DNA from: an uncultured Bacteroidales bacterium
Lineage (GTDB): Bacteria > Bacteroidota > Bacteroidia > Bacteroidales > GCA-2748055
Length of the DNA: 64,000 bases
Reading direction: 5' to 3'
Assembly (NCBI GenBank): GCA_963792395.1
Contig: CAWBWE010000031.1
Span: 12,256-76,255 of the forward strand
Shown here: positions 38,082-49,950 of the stretch, piece after piece
Layout of the letters: every line of letters starts with the position of its first letter
Numbering within the stretch: the stretch's first letter is position 1
Made by a program: the position numbers and the translations under genes
The notes under the pieces: generated by a model
Database searches by the model: none
What the model saw: only the letters and a program-made list of their open reading frames with translations
What the model was told of the DNA's origin: nothing

Positions 38082-39665
38082 ATGCCATATGATTACGACT
38101 ACATCATTGTCGGTTCAGGGTTCGGCGGATCTGTTTCGGCCCTGCGCCTGACGGAGAAAGGGTACCGGGTCCTGGTTATTGAAAAGGGCAAGCGATGGAA
38201 ACCCGAAGAGTTTCCGGAGACCAACTGGAACCTGCGAAAATGGCTCTGGTTACCCCTGATGAGGTTTCGGGGTATCTTTAAAATCACCATCATGCGTCAT
38301 GTTGGAATCCTGAGCGGTGTGGGTGTGGGAGGAGGTTCACTGATGTATGCCAATACCCTGCCGAGTCCCCGGGAAACCTTCTTCAGATCGGGAAGCTGGG
38401 CGGGACCTGGCAGACTGGAAAAAGGAGATGGAACCACATTATGCGGAGGCGGAGAGGATGCTTGGGGCCACAGAAAATCCGGGTTTGTATGATTCAGATG
38501 AAACCCTTCGTGCGCTTGCGGCCAAATTTGGAAAATCGAAAGAATTTCAAGCTACCCGGGTGGCAGTATTTTTTGGGGAACCTGAGGAGGAAGTTCCTGA
38601 TCCTTACTTTAATGGTGAGGGACCCAGGCGAACGGGTTGCAATTTCTGCGGAGGATGCATGACCGGGTGCCGGGTAAATGCAAAGAACACCCTGGATAAG
38701 AATTACCTCTACCTGGCAGAGAAAGCTGGGGCAGAGGTGCTTCCTGAGCAGGAGGTTATCCGGGTAGCCCCCCTGGATGCTCAGAAAAAGGGCATATCAA
38801 AGCCTGGCGAAGCGGGCTATCGGATTGTGATAAAGGAATCTAGCGGGCTTGTCAAACGAAGGAAAGAACTGACAGCCAAAGGAGTGATTCTGGCAGGAGG
38901 GGTTCTGGGAACCGTTAGATTGCTTCTCAATATGAAACGGCGTTACCTGCCCGGCCTCAGTGACCAGGTGGGTGCAGATATCAGGACGAACAATGAGAGC
39001 CTGGCACTGATACACTCGGCGCAGAAGGAGAAAGATTTTTCAAAAGGGGTGGCCATCGGTTCCATATTCCCTCCGGATGCGGATACTCACCATGGAAGCT
39101 GTTCGCTATGGCAGCGGATCGGGATTCTGGAAATTACTTGCGGTCCCGATGACTTATGGTAAAACCGTGGCGGGAAGAATTTTTAAGCTGATCTGGCGCC
39201 TTATAAGCCGGCCCTGCTTCCTGGCTCAGGATCTATTTCAGCAAAGATTTTGCAAAGGAGTCCGTGATATTGCTCTTTATGCAGCACCTGGACAGCACCC
39301 TGAGGCTAAAGCGCGGCATGGTGCATCTGCGAAGTGTGCTTTCTTCCGGCCCGGCTCCCTCGGCTTTTATGCCACTGGCCAAGCAGCTGGCCGACTCCAC
39401 TTCGGAGGAGGTGGATGGAATCCCCTTTGTTATGGTTTCTGAAGCCATCCTGGGAACTCCTCTGACGGCACATATCCTGGGAGGATGTGTAATTGGCAAG
39501 GATGATGCAGAAGGGGTGATTGACCGGGATCACCGGGTATTCGGTTATCAGAATCTATATGTGTGCGACGGGAGCGCCATTTCGGCCAATCCGGGGGTGA
39601 ATCCTTCCCTGACCATTACAGCCATGACCGAACGGGCCATGTCAAAAATACCAGTAAACAAATAG
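38082..39665 (+). pseudogene. GMC family oxidoreductase (cholesterol-oxidase-like), at least 3 frameshifts
   Basis: N-terminal FAD fold [32 protein letters not shown]. Middle piece is ORF 38347..39162 (CNFCGGCMTGC, GVILAGGVLGT). The C-terminal ORF 39264..39665 has HILGGCVIG ... NLYVCDGSAISANPGVNPSLTI. Confidence 0.85.
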
Positions 39666-39702
39666 TTTTGTATATTGCTTCTTAATCAAATGGTAGTGCA
39701 TA

Positions 39703-40167
39703 ATGATGAATGAACGTAAGCACCAGGCCTGGAACTTCTGGTCAGCATTTGTTTTTTTGGGCGCGGTGGTGCTTGTTGGTTATTTCCTGAAGAGGAAAGG
39801 TGTAGATATACGGAACCTCACCCTGAAAGAGGCGATTGTGATTATTCTTGCTTCCTATCGGATGACAAGGATTCTGGTATTCGAAAAAATATTAAAACAC
39901 TTCCGGGATGCACTGAAAAGAAGGGAAAACCTTTACGTCATCGGCACGATTCACTCCATGGTGACCTGTCCATGGTGCGCCGGCGTGTGGATCACCCTGA
40001 TTATGATATTATTCTATTTTCTGGTGCCCTTTGGAGATCTGCTGGTATATGTACTTGCCCTAGCCGGATTGGCCTCCATGATGATACTTGTCTCCAATCT
40101 GCTCCATATGTATACGGAGCGCAGACAACGAATACACCAGAAGGAGAAGTATCCTGATCACCTCTAG
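39703..40167 (+). CDS. DUF1360 domain membrane protein
   Basis: 154-aa ORF with 3-4 TM helices. The motif CPWCAGVWITL after ASYRMTRIL is typical of DUF1360. Confidence 0.7.
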   Translation: MMNERKHQAWNFWSAFVFLGAVVLVGYFLKRKGVDIRNLTLKEAIVIILASYRMTRILVFEKILKHFRDALKRRENLYVIGTIHSMVTCPWCAGVWITLIMILFYFLVPFGDLLVYVLALAGLASMMILVSNLLHMYTERRQRIHQKEKYPDHL

Positions 40168-40198
40168 TTAGACATAGCACAAAGAAGACAGCTGCATC

Positions 40199-41103
40199 TC
40201 AGAGAAAAAAGAGGGCTACTCCCGCGATGGAGACCATGGCCCCGATAATCTCAATGACCTTAATTCGTTCCTTATTAAATAGAATGGCCGGTGGAATAAT
40301 CATCACGGGGGTGAGAGCCATCAGGGTGGCGGCAACGCCCGTATCGGTGTGCTGGACAGCCAGCAGGGAGAAACTGACTCCCAGGAAGGGACCGGTAAAG
40401 GAACCCAGGGTCATAAATTTCATAGCTTTCAGATCTTTAAGTGCCCCCAGCAGGTGGCCCCATCGTTTAAAGAGGGTAATCACCAGGGAGAAGCCGATAA
40501 CCCCGGCCATAATGCGGATCTGGGTGGCTTCAAAGGCGTTCATGTCCTGCATCCCCTTCTTACTGAGCACCAGTCCGGCAGCCTGACCAACGGCCCCACC
40601 CAAGGCTAGCAGGCTGCCCAGTAAGAGCGGCCCTATTTTGAGCCTTTTTCCGAAACTTCCCTTTTCAGATCCAGTTTCGTAGAAATCACCAGGACGATTC
40701 CAAGCAGGGTGATCCCCATACCCAGAAACTCCATACCGGAAAGCACTTCACCCAGGGTGATCCAGCCAATCAGGGCTGTGATGGGGGGGACCAGGGCCAT
40801 GATCAGCATGGAGATACGTGCCCCGATAAGGATAAAGGCCCGGAATAGAAAGAGGTCACCCAGAACAAAACCTACCACCCCTGAAAGGACCAGCCAGAAC
40901 CACTGGTAGGCGGTGGCATCCGGAAGGAAACCATCGTTGAATAGGGCGTTGTAGAGGGCGAGAAAGATCAGGCCCATCACCAGCCGGATCAGGTTCAGTG
41001 AGAGTGCACCCACCCGCTTTCCGGCCGATTCAAAGGCCATGGCAGTTACTGTCCAGCAGGCAGCCGTTATAAGGGCTGCTATCTCACCGAGGTATTGTTG
41101 CAA
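40199..41103 (-). pseudogene. EamA/DMT family transporter, one frameshift
   Basis: ORFs 40633..41103 and 40199..40603 are the two EamA halves of one ~300-aa carrier. The switch is near 40605-40650. Confidence 0.8.
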
Positions 41104-41152
41104 GGTTTCTCCGCTTTAAAAAGCGCAAAGATAAGCATTCGGAGCTATCAGC

Positions 41153-41206
41153 CTATTCATACCTCAGGGCCTCCACCGGATTCCTTCGGGCAGGGAGAAG
41201 CCAGGA
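41153..41206 (-). pseudogene. 17-codon relic of the C-terminus of an FtsX/MacB-type permease
   Basis: The minus strand reads (stop) SWLLPARRNPVEALRYE*. This is the signature end of the FtsX permeases at 43245..45679 (...NPVKSLRYE*) and 46738..49118 (...NPVSCLRYE*). No upstream body of the gene is present. Confidence 0.6.
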
Positions 41207-41249
41207 TTAAAGTATCGCGTTTAACAATTTCGAAATAAATTCTTGAGGG

Positions 41250-41420
41250 TCAAGGTGTATGCTTCTTTGGTTTAACAATAAGTTCGGTGGCACACTCCGG
41301 ACAGGTATAAATCTCGCAACCCGTGCATGCAAAGCAATTGCTACAGGTGCGGTAGGAAAGGTCGCGCTCAATGGAGGTGCCGCAATTATGGCAAAGAATT
41401 ATCTTAATCAGTTTGTCCAT
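41250..41420 (-). CDS. Small (56 aa) Cys-rich zinc-ribbon-like protein, hypothetical
   Basis: Not in the ORF track because it is under 60 aa. It reads MDKLIKIILCHNCGTSIERDLSYRTCSNCFACTGCEIYTCPECATELIVKPKKHTP*. Eight Cys form four CxxC pairs. The palindrome GTTACGTAAC lies 14 nt upstream of the ATG. Confidence 0.4.
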   Translation of the reverse strand: MDKLIKIILCHNCGTSIERDLSYRTCSNCFACTGCEIYTCPECATELIVKPKKHTP

Positions 41421-41533
41421 TGAGAAGGATGATTGTTACGTAACTCGTTTGTTACACCATCTAATTCCTAACAACTCCGACTTTTATCTACCTGCTATTG
41501 CTGTATTTTACGATCAGATGTATCGTGCAGAGC

Positions 41534-43144
41534 TCATTGTACATCTTCAAGTACCGTTTCCATTTTTCCCTTTGAGTAGGTGGTGAGGAATTCCAGGGCC
41601 TTTTCTGGATTCTTTCTCATAGAGTGCCAGTGCTTCTTTGTCCACATGATCACGTTCTGAAAACAGCTGTTCCTCATAGGGATCCCTTACCTCCCAGAGA
41701 TCCTTGACTGCCTCCTGCCATTTCAGGTAGAGCAGGTTATCCACAAAATCGATGGCCCAGCAGGCCGATTTGTTGCTGTAGGTGGTGGGATCGAAATTCT
41801 TGTAGCATTCGGCAGTCTCCTGGGTACCGGCATAGATGGGCACATAGGGACTGGTATAGGCATTGTCCAGGAAGACCCAGTAGATGCCTCCGATGGGATC
41901 GGGAAGCCAGCCCCTGAGCTGGGCAATCATCCCGTAAAATCCCTGTGGACGTGCCACATTCCTGCGGTTGTTGATATCCAGGAGCTCGCGCATATCCTTG
42001 CTGGGGAAGGGGGTGGCCAGGGGACTCTTTTTTATTCCTCCTTTGCCATCGGGTACATACCAGTCGTAATCTTCTGTTTTATCGTAGATGGTTCCTTCAA
42101 AGGTGGATCGCTGAAAGGCCATCACATCCTGGATGGAGATCTTCATTTCGGGTTTCACCGAAGTGGGATAGAGGGAGATGGGCTCCACATACTGAATATA
42201 CTGGTTGTATCCCAGCATATGGCCGTCTTCCAGCATGCGTTTCGGGCCAGTCGGCATAAGAAGGCGCATAGGTGCTGTAAAAGAGCCACATACGATTGGT
42301 GGCCCACTCCCGCAATATGGGAGCATAGACCTCCTGCCAGGATAAAGGGCTTGCTCCCTTCGGGATCGATACCAGCCCTTATCAATGGCAAACTGCTTGT
42401 AATTGGAAGAAACAAGAAAAGTCTCCGGATCGTTTTCATCCACCTCCTTGATGATACTCCAGTTGGCGACCACCAGGGCATGGTCGTCCGGTACCCGCTG
42501 AGCCACCCAGATGGCACCCGGTTCCCCGCTTTCAGGATCCCAGTCCGATCCCACACTGAATACTTCAATGATCCAGATCTCCTCCGTATCTCCAATCACC
42601 AGGGTTTCTGATTCACCGACACAGGAGGGAAGGAAACCATATGTGCTCATTAAGCTGGCCAATAAATGCCGTGGCCTCACGGGCAGAGGTATAGCGCTGC
42701 AGGGCAAAGGCCTGTGCCTGTTCCACGGTCATGATCTGCTTGCAGACAGCCATATCCACCTTAATTCCTCGCGCTGACTGGTGGTGCTCTCAGCAATGGC
42801 CAGCTGGTGCTCATTCATATGAGGATAGGCCGAATGGAAATAGGTATAGGTATTCTCCACCTGGGGATATGTCCCAATCACATCCCCAAAATCGTCCAGG
42901 GGCCTGTGGATATCCTGGATTCCCCAGTATACAGGGGCCATTGCTCCCTTTTTAAAGGTCTGTCCATGGACCACCCGGATGCGGCTGTCTGGCCCCGCAG
43001 TCGGTATGTGAAATTATGACCGAACCGTCGGCACGATGCTTTTTTGCCAACGGCAATGATGGTACAGGGAAATAGCTCTGTGGCAGCCAGGAGCATGGCC
43101 GCGATCAGTGTTAAATTCTTTAAAGAAACCGGTTTACTTATCAT
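41534..43144 (-). pseudogene. C69 family dipeptidase, at least 5 frameshifts
   Basis: A signal peptide precedes the nucleophile Cys (LFPCTIIAVGKKAS). The main body is ORF 41547..42707 with an out-of-frame stretch near 42240-42360. The true C-terminus EKALEFLTTYSKGKMETVLEDVQ* lies in another frame. The last switch is at the TTTT run 41601-41604. Confidence 0.85.
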
Positions 43145-43244
43145 CTTTTCCGGTGAATTTGTTTAAATTGAAACCCAATTTAGGAAACATTCCTGAATTA
43201 CCACTTACCCTGCGAAAGATAGCCCGTTGTCAATTTGAGCTGTC

Positions 43245-45679
43245 ATGATAAAAAATTACCTGCTTATTGCATTTCGCAATGCCTGGAGAAACAAGGCTTA
43301 CACCCTGATTAACCTGCTTGGCCTGGCCATTGGTATTAGCAGTTCCATCATGATCCTGCTTTTTGTGCTGGATGAGCTGAGTTATGACAGGCACAATGAG
43401 CATTTCAGGGATATATACCGGATCTGTATCAAGGGAAAGATCCAGGGCAATGAGGTGGAAGCCGCCCTCTCCAATGCTCCCATGGGGGCCACCCTAAAAT
43501 CTGATTTTCCTGAAGTAGAGGAGTTTACCAGGCTTTTTACCTTTGATGGTGATCCCATGGTCAAGTACGAAGAAAAGGTATTTATCGAGGAGAATTTCTA
43601 TTATGCCGATTCCACTTTTTTCAATGTTTTTACTGCTCCGGTGATCTTATGGGAACCCGGAGGATATGCTAAACAGGCCCAATACGGTGGTACTTACCGA
43701 AGAGATGGCCCGGAAATACTTTGGAACTGAGGATCCGGTGGGGAAGCTGCTTACAGGTGGGACAGGAGGAGGAGAATTTCGAGGTCACCGGTGTGGTAAA
43801 GGATTTCCGGAGAATTCACATTTTCGATTTAACATGCTGGGATCCATGACCTCCATTTACCTGGCCGATGTGACTCAGTGGCTGGGAAACAACAACTATA
43901 CCTATATTCGGCTACAGAAGGACTTCGATCCTGTTCAACTTGGAGCTAAAGTTCCCGGATCTGATTGCACAGCATATGGGCACTGAGCTGGAGGAGATCC
44001 TTGGCATGACCATGGAGGAGTTTTTTGCTGCAGGCAATACCTACGGATATTTTCTGCGAGCCACTGAAGGATATTCATTTGAAGTCGGATCTTCAGTTCG
44101 AAATCAATCCGGGAGGAAGCCGCTCCTCGGTCATCATCTTCTCCGTCATTGCACTGTTTCCTGATCCTGATCGCCTCCATCAATTTTATGAACCTGGCCA
44201 CAGCCAGTGCTTCCAAAAGAGCCACCGAAGTGGGTATCCGGAAAGTGGCCGGAGCTGAGAAGAATCGTCTTATGCTGGCAGTTTATTGCGGAGTCTTTCC
44301 TGATCACTGTATTGGCACTGATCCTGGCCGTGGTTCTGGTGGAACTGTTTCTGCCCGGATTTAACGAATCTGGCGGGGAAGGGACTTACACTGGAGTTCT
44401 CTGGGTACACTTCGTCTGCTATTGGCCTGCTGGTCATCGGGCTTTTTGTGGGCTTTGTCTCGGGTAGTTATCCTGCTTTTTTTCTTTCCTCCTTCAAACC
44501 GGTGGATGTACTTAAAAGCGGGGCCATGCGTGGGAGCCAGGGGGGCAACACTTCGAAGGATCCTGGTGACCTTTCAGTTTGTGGTCACCATTGTGCTGTT
44601 TATCTGCACCATGGTGGTAAACCGGCAGATGAAATATTTGCGGGACAAGGACCTGGGATTTAATAAGGAGAACCTGGTGGTTATTGACCGGGTCTATGTG
44701 CTGGAGGAGCAGATGGAGCCTTTCGGCAGGAATTGTTGAAGAATCCGTCCATTCTTCATGTGTCACCTGTTCCAGTGCTGTTCCGGGCGGATTGATCGGG
44801 GATAATGCCTATCTCCCGGAAGGGGCCTCCACCAATGAGACCCATGCCATCAATAATCATTTGGGCCGATTGGTTCTTTCAGGAACCTATGATCTGGAGA
44901 TGGTGGAAGGAAGATGGTTTGAGGAGGGAAATCCCACGGACTCTTTTGCCTTGATTATCAGTGAGTCTGCTGTCCAAGGCCCTGAGTTTTGAGGATCCCC
45001 TGAATAAGCGACTTGTATACCCAGTTCGGAGAAAACACAGATGATCCGCATCAGATTATCGGGGTGGTCAAGGATTTTCATTTTCAATCGCTTCACCAGG
45101 AGATCAGGCCCCTGATTATCCAGTTTAATGCGGTAGAACAATTACCAGATGTCTGTAAGGATCAGTGGCACGAACACGGGAACAACACTGGAGTATATCG
45201 AGAAAGTATGGAACTCTTTCAGGGAACAGCAACCCATTCATATGACTTTTCTGGAGGAGGAACTGGCAGCACTGTATAACAATGAAGAGAAGACCGCAAC
45301 CATTTTTAATCATCTTCTCGGTACTGGCCATCTTTATTGCAGCCCTGGGGCTTGCTGGGACTGGCCTCTTTCAGTGCCGCTCAGCGAACCAAGGAGGTGG
45401 GCATCCGTAAAGCTATGGGAGCCTCCATAGCCAGCGTTCTCCTGGCTCTTTCCAGGGAGTATATCTGGCTGATCCTGTTGGCCACCACTGGCTGCCTGGC
45501 CCCTGGGTTATTTTTTTATGAAGGACTGGTTGCAGGATTATCCACTGCGGATTGGCCTCGATCCGGCAGTCTTTATTATCAGCTCCCTGATGGCCTTTGT
45601 TATTGCGGCGATAACGGTACTTCTGCGGGTCTACCAGTCTGCCTCCACCAATCCGGTTAAATCTCTACGCTATGAATAA
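43245..45679 (+). pseudogene. FtsX-like ABC transporter permease (about 810 aa, MacB_PCD + FtsX x2), at least 11 frame switches
   Basis: N-terminus MIKNYLLIAFRNAWRNKAYTLINLLGLAIGISS. Internal piece ATEVGIRKVAGA. The end is ...YQSASTNPVKSLRYE*. The coding path hops through about 12 ORF-track fragments in all three frames. Confidence 0.85.
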
Positions 45680-46734
45680 AAACTATGAGAAGCTGGCCAA
45701 TGAGCTGGATCGGATCCCCAATGGCTTTCCGAGAACCAGGAGCGGCGTGGAACTGAAATTGCTGGCCAGGCTCTTTACTCCCGAAGATGCAGCACTGGCA
45801 TCCACATTGAGCATGGAACCGAAATCGTTGAATGAGATTGCCGACAGAAAACAGTATGGAAGAGGCGGAGGCCAAATCAATGCTGATTAGCATGGTGAAG
45901 CGTGGCCTGATTGATCTGAAGCGGGAAGAGGGCAGGGGCTTTGTGTTTCACCTGATCCCTTTTGTGGTGGGCTTTTATGAACGCCAGAATGCAAAAATTG
46001 ATAAGGAGTTTGCCACAGCTCTTTGAGCAATATTACCAGGAAGCTTTTCATCAAACCATGCTTGCTCAGCCCTCCGTTCACCGGATCATACCCCTGGAGA
46101 AGGCCATTCCGGTGGATATTGATGTGATGCCCTACGAAAAGGCCTCCACCTACCTGGACCAGGCCCAATCGTGGGGAGTGCTGGATTGCATCTGCAGGGT
46201 GCAGAAAAAGCTGATTGGACAGGGCTGTACCACACGGTCAGGAATTGCCTGGTTTTTTCTCCCAAGCCGGATGCCTTTCAAAAATCCGAGGAGATCGAAT
46301 CCCTGAGCAGGGAAGAGGCCCTGGAGATCCTGGCTGAAGCGGACAGGGAAGGACTGGTGCATTCCGTTAATAATGCTCAGACAGAGGTCTACTACGTATG
46401 TAACTGCTGCACCTGTTCCTGCGGAGTTCTTCGGGGAATGGTGGAGTATGGAAGTGAGAATTCCATTGCCCGCTCGGATTTTTATGCGGTAGTGGAAAAG
46501 GAGCTATGTACGGCTTGTGAAGCCTGCCTGGATCGCTGTGCCTTTAATGCCATGCCCATGGTGGATGGCATTTGTGAGGTGGACCGGATTGCCTGTTACG
46601 GGTGCGGACTTTGCATCAATTCATGCGAGACTGAGGCGCTATCACTGGTACAGAAGAGTCCTGAAGAGCTAGCCCCGCCACCGGTGGATGAAAAGGCCTG
46701 GAGAAGGATTCGTGCAGCATCTCGAAAAACCTAA
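45672..46734 (+). pseudogene. 4Fe-4S dicluster domain protein with N-terminal winged-helix-like region, about 3 frameshifts
   Basis: Pieces 45672.., 45832.., 45962.. and 46171..46734. The Cys-rich C-terminal part reads CNCCTCSCGVL, CTACEACLDRC and CYGCGLCINSC. The start ATG overlaps the stop region of the upstream permease. Confidence 0.65.
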
Positions 46735-46737
46735 GAT

Positions 46738-49118
46738 ATGTTCAGAAATTACCTTCTGGTTACCCTTCGAAACCTTTATAAAAACAAGATTTATGCACTG
46801 ATCAATATCCTGGGCCTTGGACTGGCACTGGCCATATGCATTGTAGCCTATTTCAATCACATGTTTGGTTATGATTTTGATCGCTACCATGAAAACTTTG
46901 AAGAGATATACAGAATCACTTCCAACCGCCAAATGCAGGACCGGGATCAGGAGTTCGGGCTTGTACCTGCTCCTCTGGGCCCTGCAATAAAAAAGGATTT
47001 CCCGGCAGTTACCAAGGCTGCCAGAGTGATGCGCTCCTATTCACCGGTAAAGGTGGGGATAGATAATTTCAACCGGCAGGTATCATATGTGGATCCGGAC
47101 TTCCTGGATATTTTCACTTTTCACCTGATTTCAGGAAACAAACAGGCTATCCTGGATCCCAACAATGTTTTGATCTCGGAGGAAATGGCCACTGCTCTTT
47201 ATGGAAAAGAAGAGGCAATAGGTCAGGCGATTACTATATATAACGATGATAACCAAGAGTTTACTTACACAGTAGGGGCGGTGTTTGAGGATCTGCCCCA
47301 GAATTCCAGCTTTCGAATTGATATCCTGACCCATCTGGAGAACTTCCTGACCATGTGGAACGTTCAGGATGTGAACTGGCAGCAATTTGCACGATTGTTA
47401 TTTCTTCAGATACCTGAACCGGATGCCCTTCAACTGGTGAATGACGGGCTTGAAACAATATGTCCCGGTACAAAACGAGGCCAATGAAAGCTTTACCATC
47501 ACTGGATTTAATATTGTTCCGCTGAAAGAGGTGAACAAGAGATCGAGGGATACCTGGAGCAACGGCCTCTATCCTGGATTGCATCCGGCAGCTGTTCTGG
47601 CGCCTTTGATGATGGCCCTGACCATGCTGCTGATTGCCAGCTTTAATTTTGCCAATACGGCCATTGCTTCAGCAGGCAAGCGGCTGATGGAGATCGGGAT
47701 CCGGAAAATGGTGGGCGGAGAAAGAAAACAGCTTCTTATCCAGTTTCTTATTGAAAACTACATCATCTGTTTCCTGGCCCTTCTGGTTGGTATTGCCGGA
47801 GCCACCATACTGGTTCCGGCCTACGGAAGCATGTGGGAGTATATGACTCTTACGCTCTCGTTTTCCCAGTATCCCAGTTTCTGGGTTTTTCTGGTCGTAC
47901 TTCTTCTGCTTACAGGTTTTGTGGCCGGGTGCTTATCCTGCACTTATACATCAGTTCCTTCAGGCCTCTGAAAATTCTGCAGTCGAGGACCAGGCTTGGG
48001 AAGGGGGGACCACTTGCAAAGGGCTTGCTGGGATTCCAGTTTACTATTTCGGTACTTTCCATTGTCTCTGGAGTGATCTTTTCTATGAATGCCGTGTACC
48101 AGGAGAACGTGGATCTGGGTTATGCCCGCAAAGAGCTGATGGTCGTCCCGATCCATGCTCAGAGCATTATCACCTCCTACTACGATGCGGTCACGCAGCA
48201 TCCAAAGATTATCGAAGCAGCAGGGACACAGGAGCATATCGGATTTGGTTGGTACAGGCGTAGCATTGAGGATGAGGATCAGGAACTGGAAGTGAATGTA
48301 ATGGATGTGGGACCAGGGTATTTGCAAACCATGGGCCTGACCTTATTGGATGGGAGATTGTTTGATGCTGAGCAGGTTGGAGGCGGACCGGGGTGTTTCC
48401 ATTGTGGTAAATCAGATGATGGTTGATGCTTTTGGCTGGGAAAATCCAGTGGGCAGGCAGGTTCGCATGAATGACACGATTATGTATGAGGTGACCGGGG
48501 TGGTCAAGGACTTTTTTATGCAAGGAATGTGGGCAAAGATTGAACCAATGCTTTTGAAACTATCCATGGAGGATCAGTATTACAGTTTGGCGGTAAGAGC
48601 AAAGCAGGAGGATCTGCCCGAGGTCCTGGAATTTCTCCGTGAAACCTGGGTCACAATTGATCCCAAATTATCCATTTGAGGGGATGTACCAGGAGGATAC
48701 CCTGGAAGAAGAAAAAGCCATTAATCGCAGCATTAAGCAATTGTATATTTTTCTGGCCATTGTGGCTACTATTCTCTCCATGATTGGCCTCTATACCCTG
48801 ATCTCCCTGAGTATTCTGAACCGAACCAAGGAGATTGGGATCAGGAAGGTCATGGGCTCGCCGATCCCTCGCATCTGGTTGGTTCTGAGCAAAGGTTTCC
48901 TGATCAACCTGGCCATTTCCAGTGTGCTTGGTTGTGTGGGCGGCTACTATTTGTCCCTGATGATGCTGGACAGCATCTGGGATTACTGGCTGGATTTTAA
49001 TGCATGGATCTACGTATACTCTGTATTGATCATCCTGATGGCAACCATCTTAACCATTACCGGCAAGGTATATCAGGCTGCACTGCAGAATCCTGTCTCT
49101 TGTTTGAGGTATGAATAA
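46738..49118 (+). pseudogene. Second FtsX-like ABC transporter permease (about 790 aa), at least 5 frame switches
   Basis: N-terminus MFRNYLLVTLRNLYKNKIYALINILGLGLALA. Internal pieces MEIGIRKMVGGE and TKEIGIRKVMGS. The end is ...ALQNPVSCLRYE*. Confidence 0.85.
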
Positions 49119-49160
49119 AAACCCAGATTTCCCTGTCAAATGGACTCTGGGTTTTGCTTT
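49118..49160 (+). terminator. Rho-independent terminator after the second FtsX gene
   Basis: 10-bp stem AAAACCCAGA / TCTGGGTTTT with an 18-nt loop, followed by GCTTT. Confidence 0.6.
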
Positions 49161-49377
49161 ATACCGTTAAACCATCCATAGCCGCCAGCCGTAGCGGAGA
49201 AGAAACCTACCTGGTGGAACGAGATAATCATCTAAAAACCATAACACCAGGCGGGTCATATAGGGGATCGGGGGTGAAATGTCCCGGAGGCTGAAAGACC
49301 TGGGAATGTCCATTAGTGAGGTGGATCCGGTGATGGATCCGGAGTCATTTAAATTGTACCCCGCTCAGAGGATGTGC

Positions 49378-49872
49378 CTAGTTGAGTACAGTAATCCAGA
49401 TGGGGATAAAAACTGCCACCATTATAGCAATCATCGCCTGCTGGTAATAATTGGTAACAAACAAACCCGTAAGGACCAGCAGGTCATCTTGATCATCATA
49501 TTCAATGCTCCCTTTAGAGGATCCTCCAGCAAACTTCATCAGGATGCCCTTATCATTATAAAAGCTCCATTTGGTTTGCCATCCATTGTCGTACTTCCAG
49601 CTAACAGAACGATCTGCAAAGCGGATGGTTGCTTTACTCATCATGGAATTATAGGAGATTTTCCCGATCTCAACTCCCTTTTCTGCATCAATAATAGTGG
49701 TCTCTTGCTTAAACAGACCTTTTGTTCTGAACTGGTATTTCTTTTCACGGATGCCGCCTTCTGAAATTTGCTTGAAGGAAGAGCTCTTTAGGTAACCGAT
49801 GGACTCTTCGCCCGAAAAGATATGGCATGTTGTTGAAAATACACCTCGTTTCCAGTTGAGAATTGAATTCAT
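49378..49872 (-). CDS. Hypothetical protein with C-terminal TM helices
   Basis: Intact 164-aa ORF with protein-like composition (WKYDNGWQTKWSFYNDKG) and a hydrophobic C-terminus. I recognise no family. It is preferred over the overlapping + strand ORF. Confidence 0.5.
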   Translation of the reverse strand: MNSILNWKRGVFSTTCHIFSGEESIGYLKSSSFKQISEGGIREKKYQFRTKGLFKQETTIIDAEKGVEIGKISYNSMMSKATIRFADRSVSWKYDNGWQTKWSFYNDKGILMKFAGGSSKGSIEYDDQDDLLVLTGLFVTNYYQQAMIAIMVAVFIPIWITVLN

Positions 49873-49950
49873 TTGGAATCTGTTTTTCCTTAAAAGTAAT
49901 TTATTTCTTCTTTATCTCTATTTTTGGTTTGTATGTTAAAACCCGAAACC

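Noticed and set aside
43245-49118. Programmed ribosomal frameshifting or recoding as an explanation for the broken FtsX/Fe-S genes
   Set aside because: There are far too many switches, in both directions, with no recurring slippery heptamer or downstream structure. The same phenomenon affects unrelated genes across the window.
49279-49764. 161-aa ORF on the + strand overlapping the hypothetical gene 49378..49872
   Set aside because: Only one of the two overlapping ORFs can reasonably be real. The minus-strand product has more protein-like composition and a C-terminal TM segment. The + strand product is Ile/Leu/Phe-rich with no start context. This is a judgement call, not proof.
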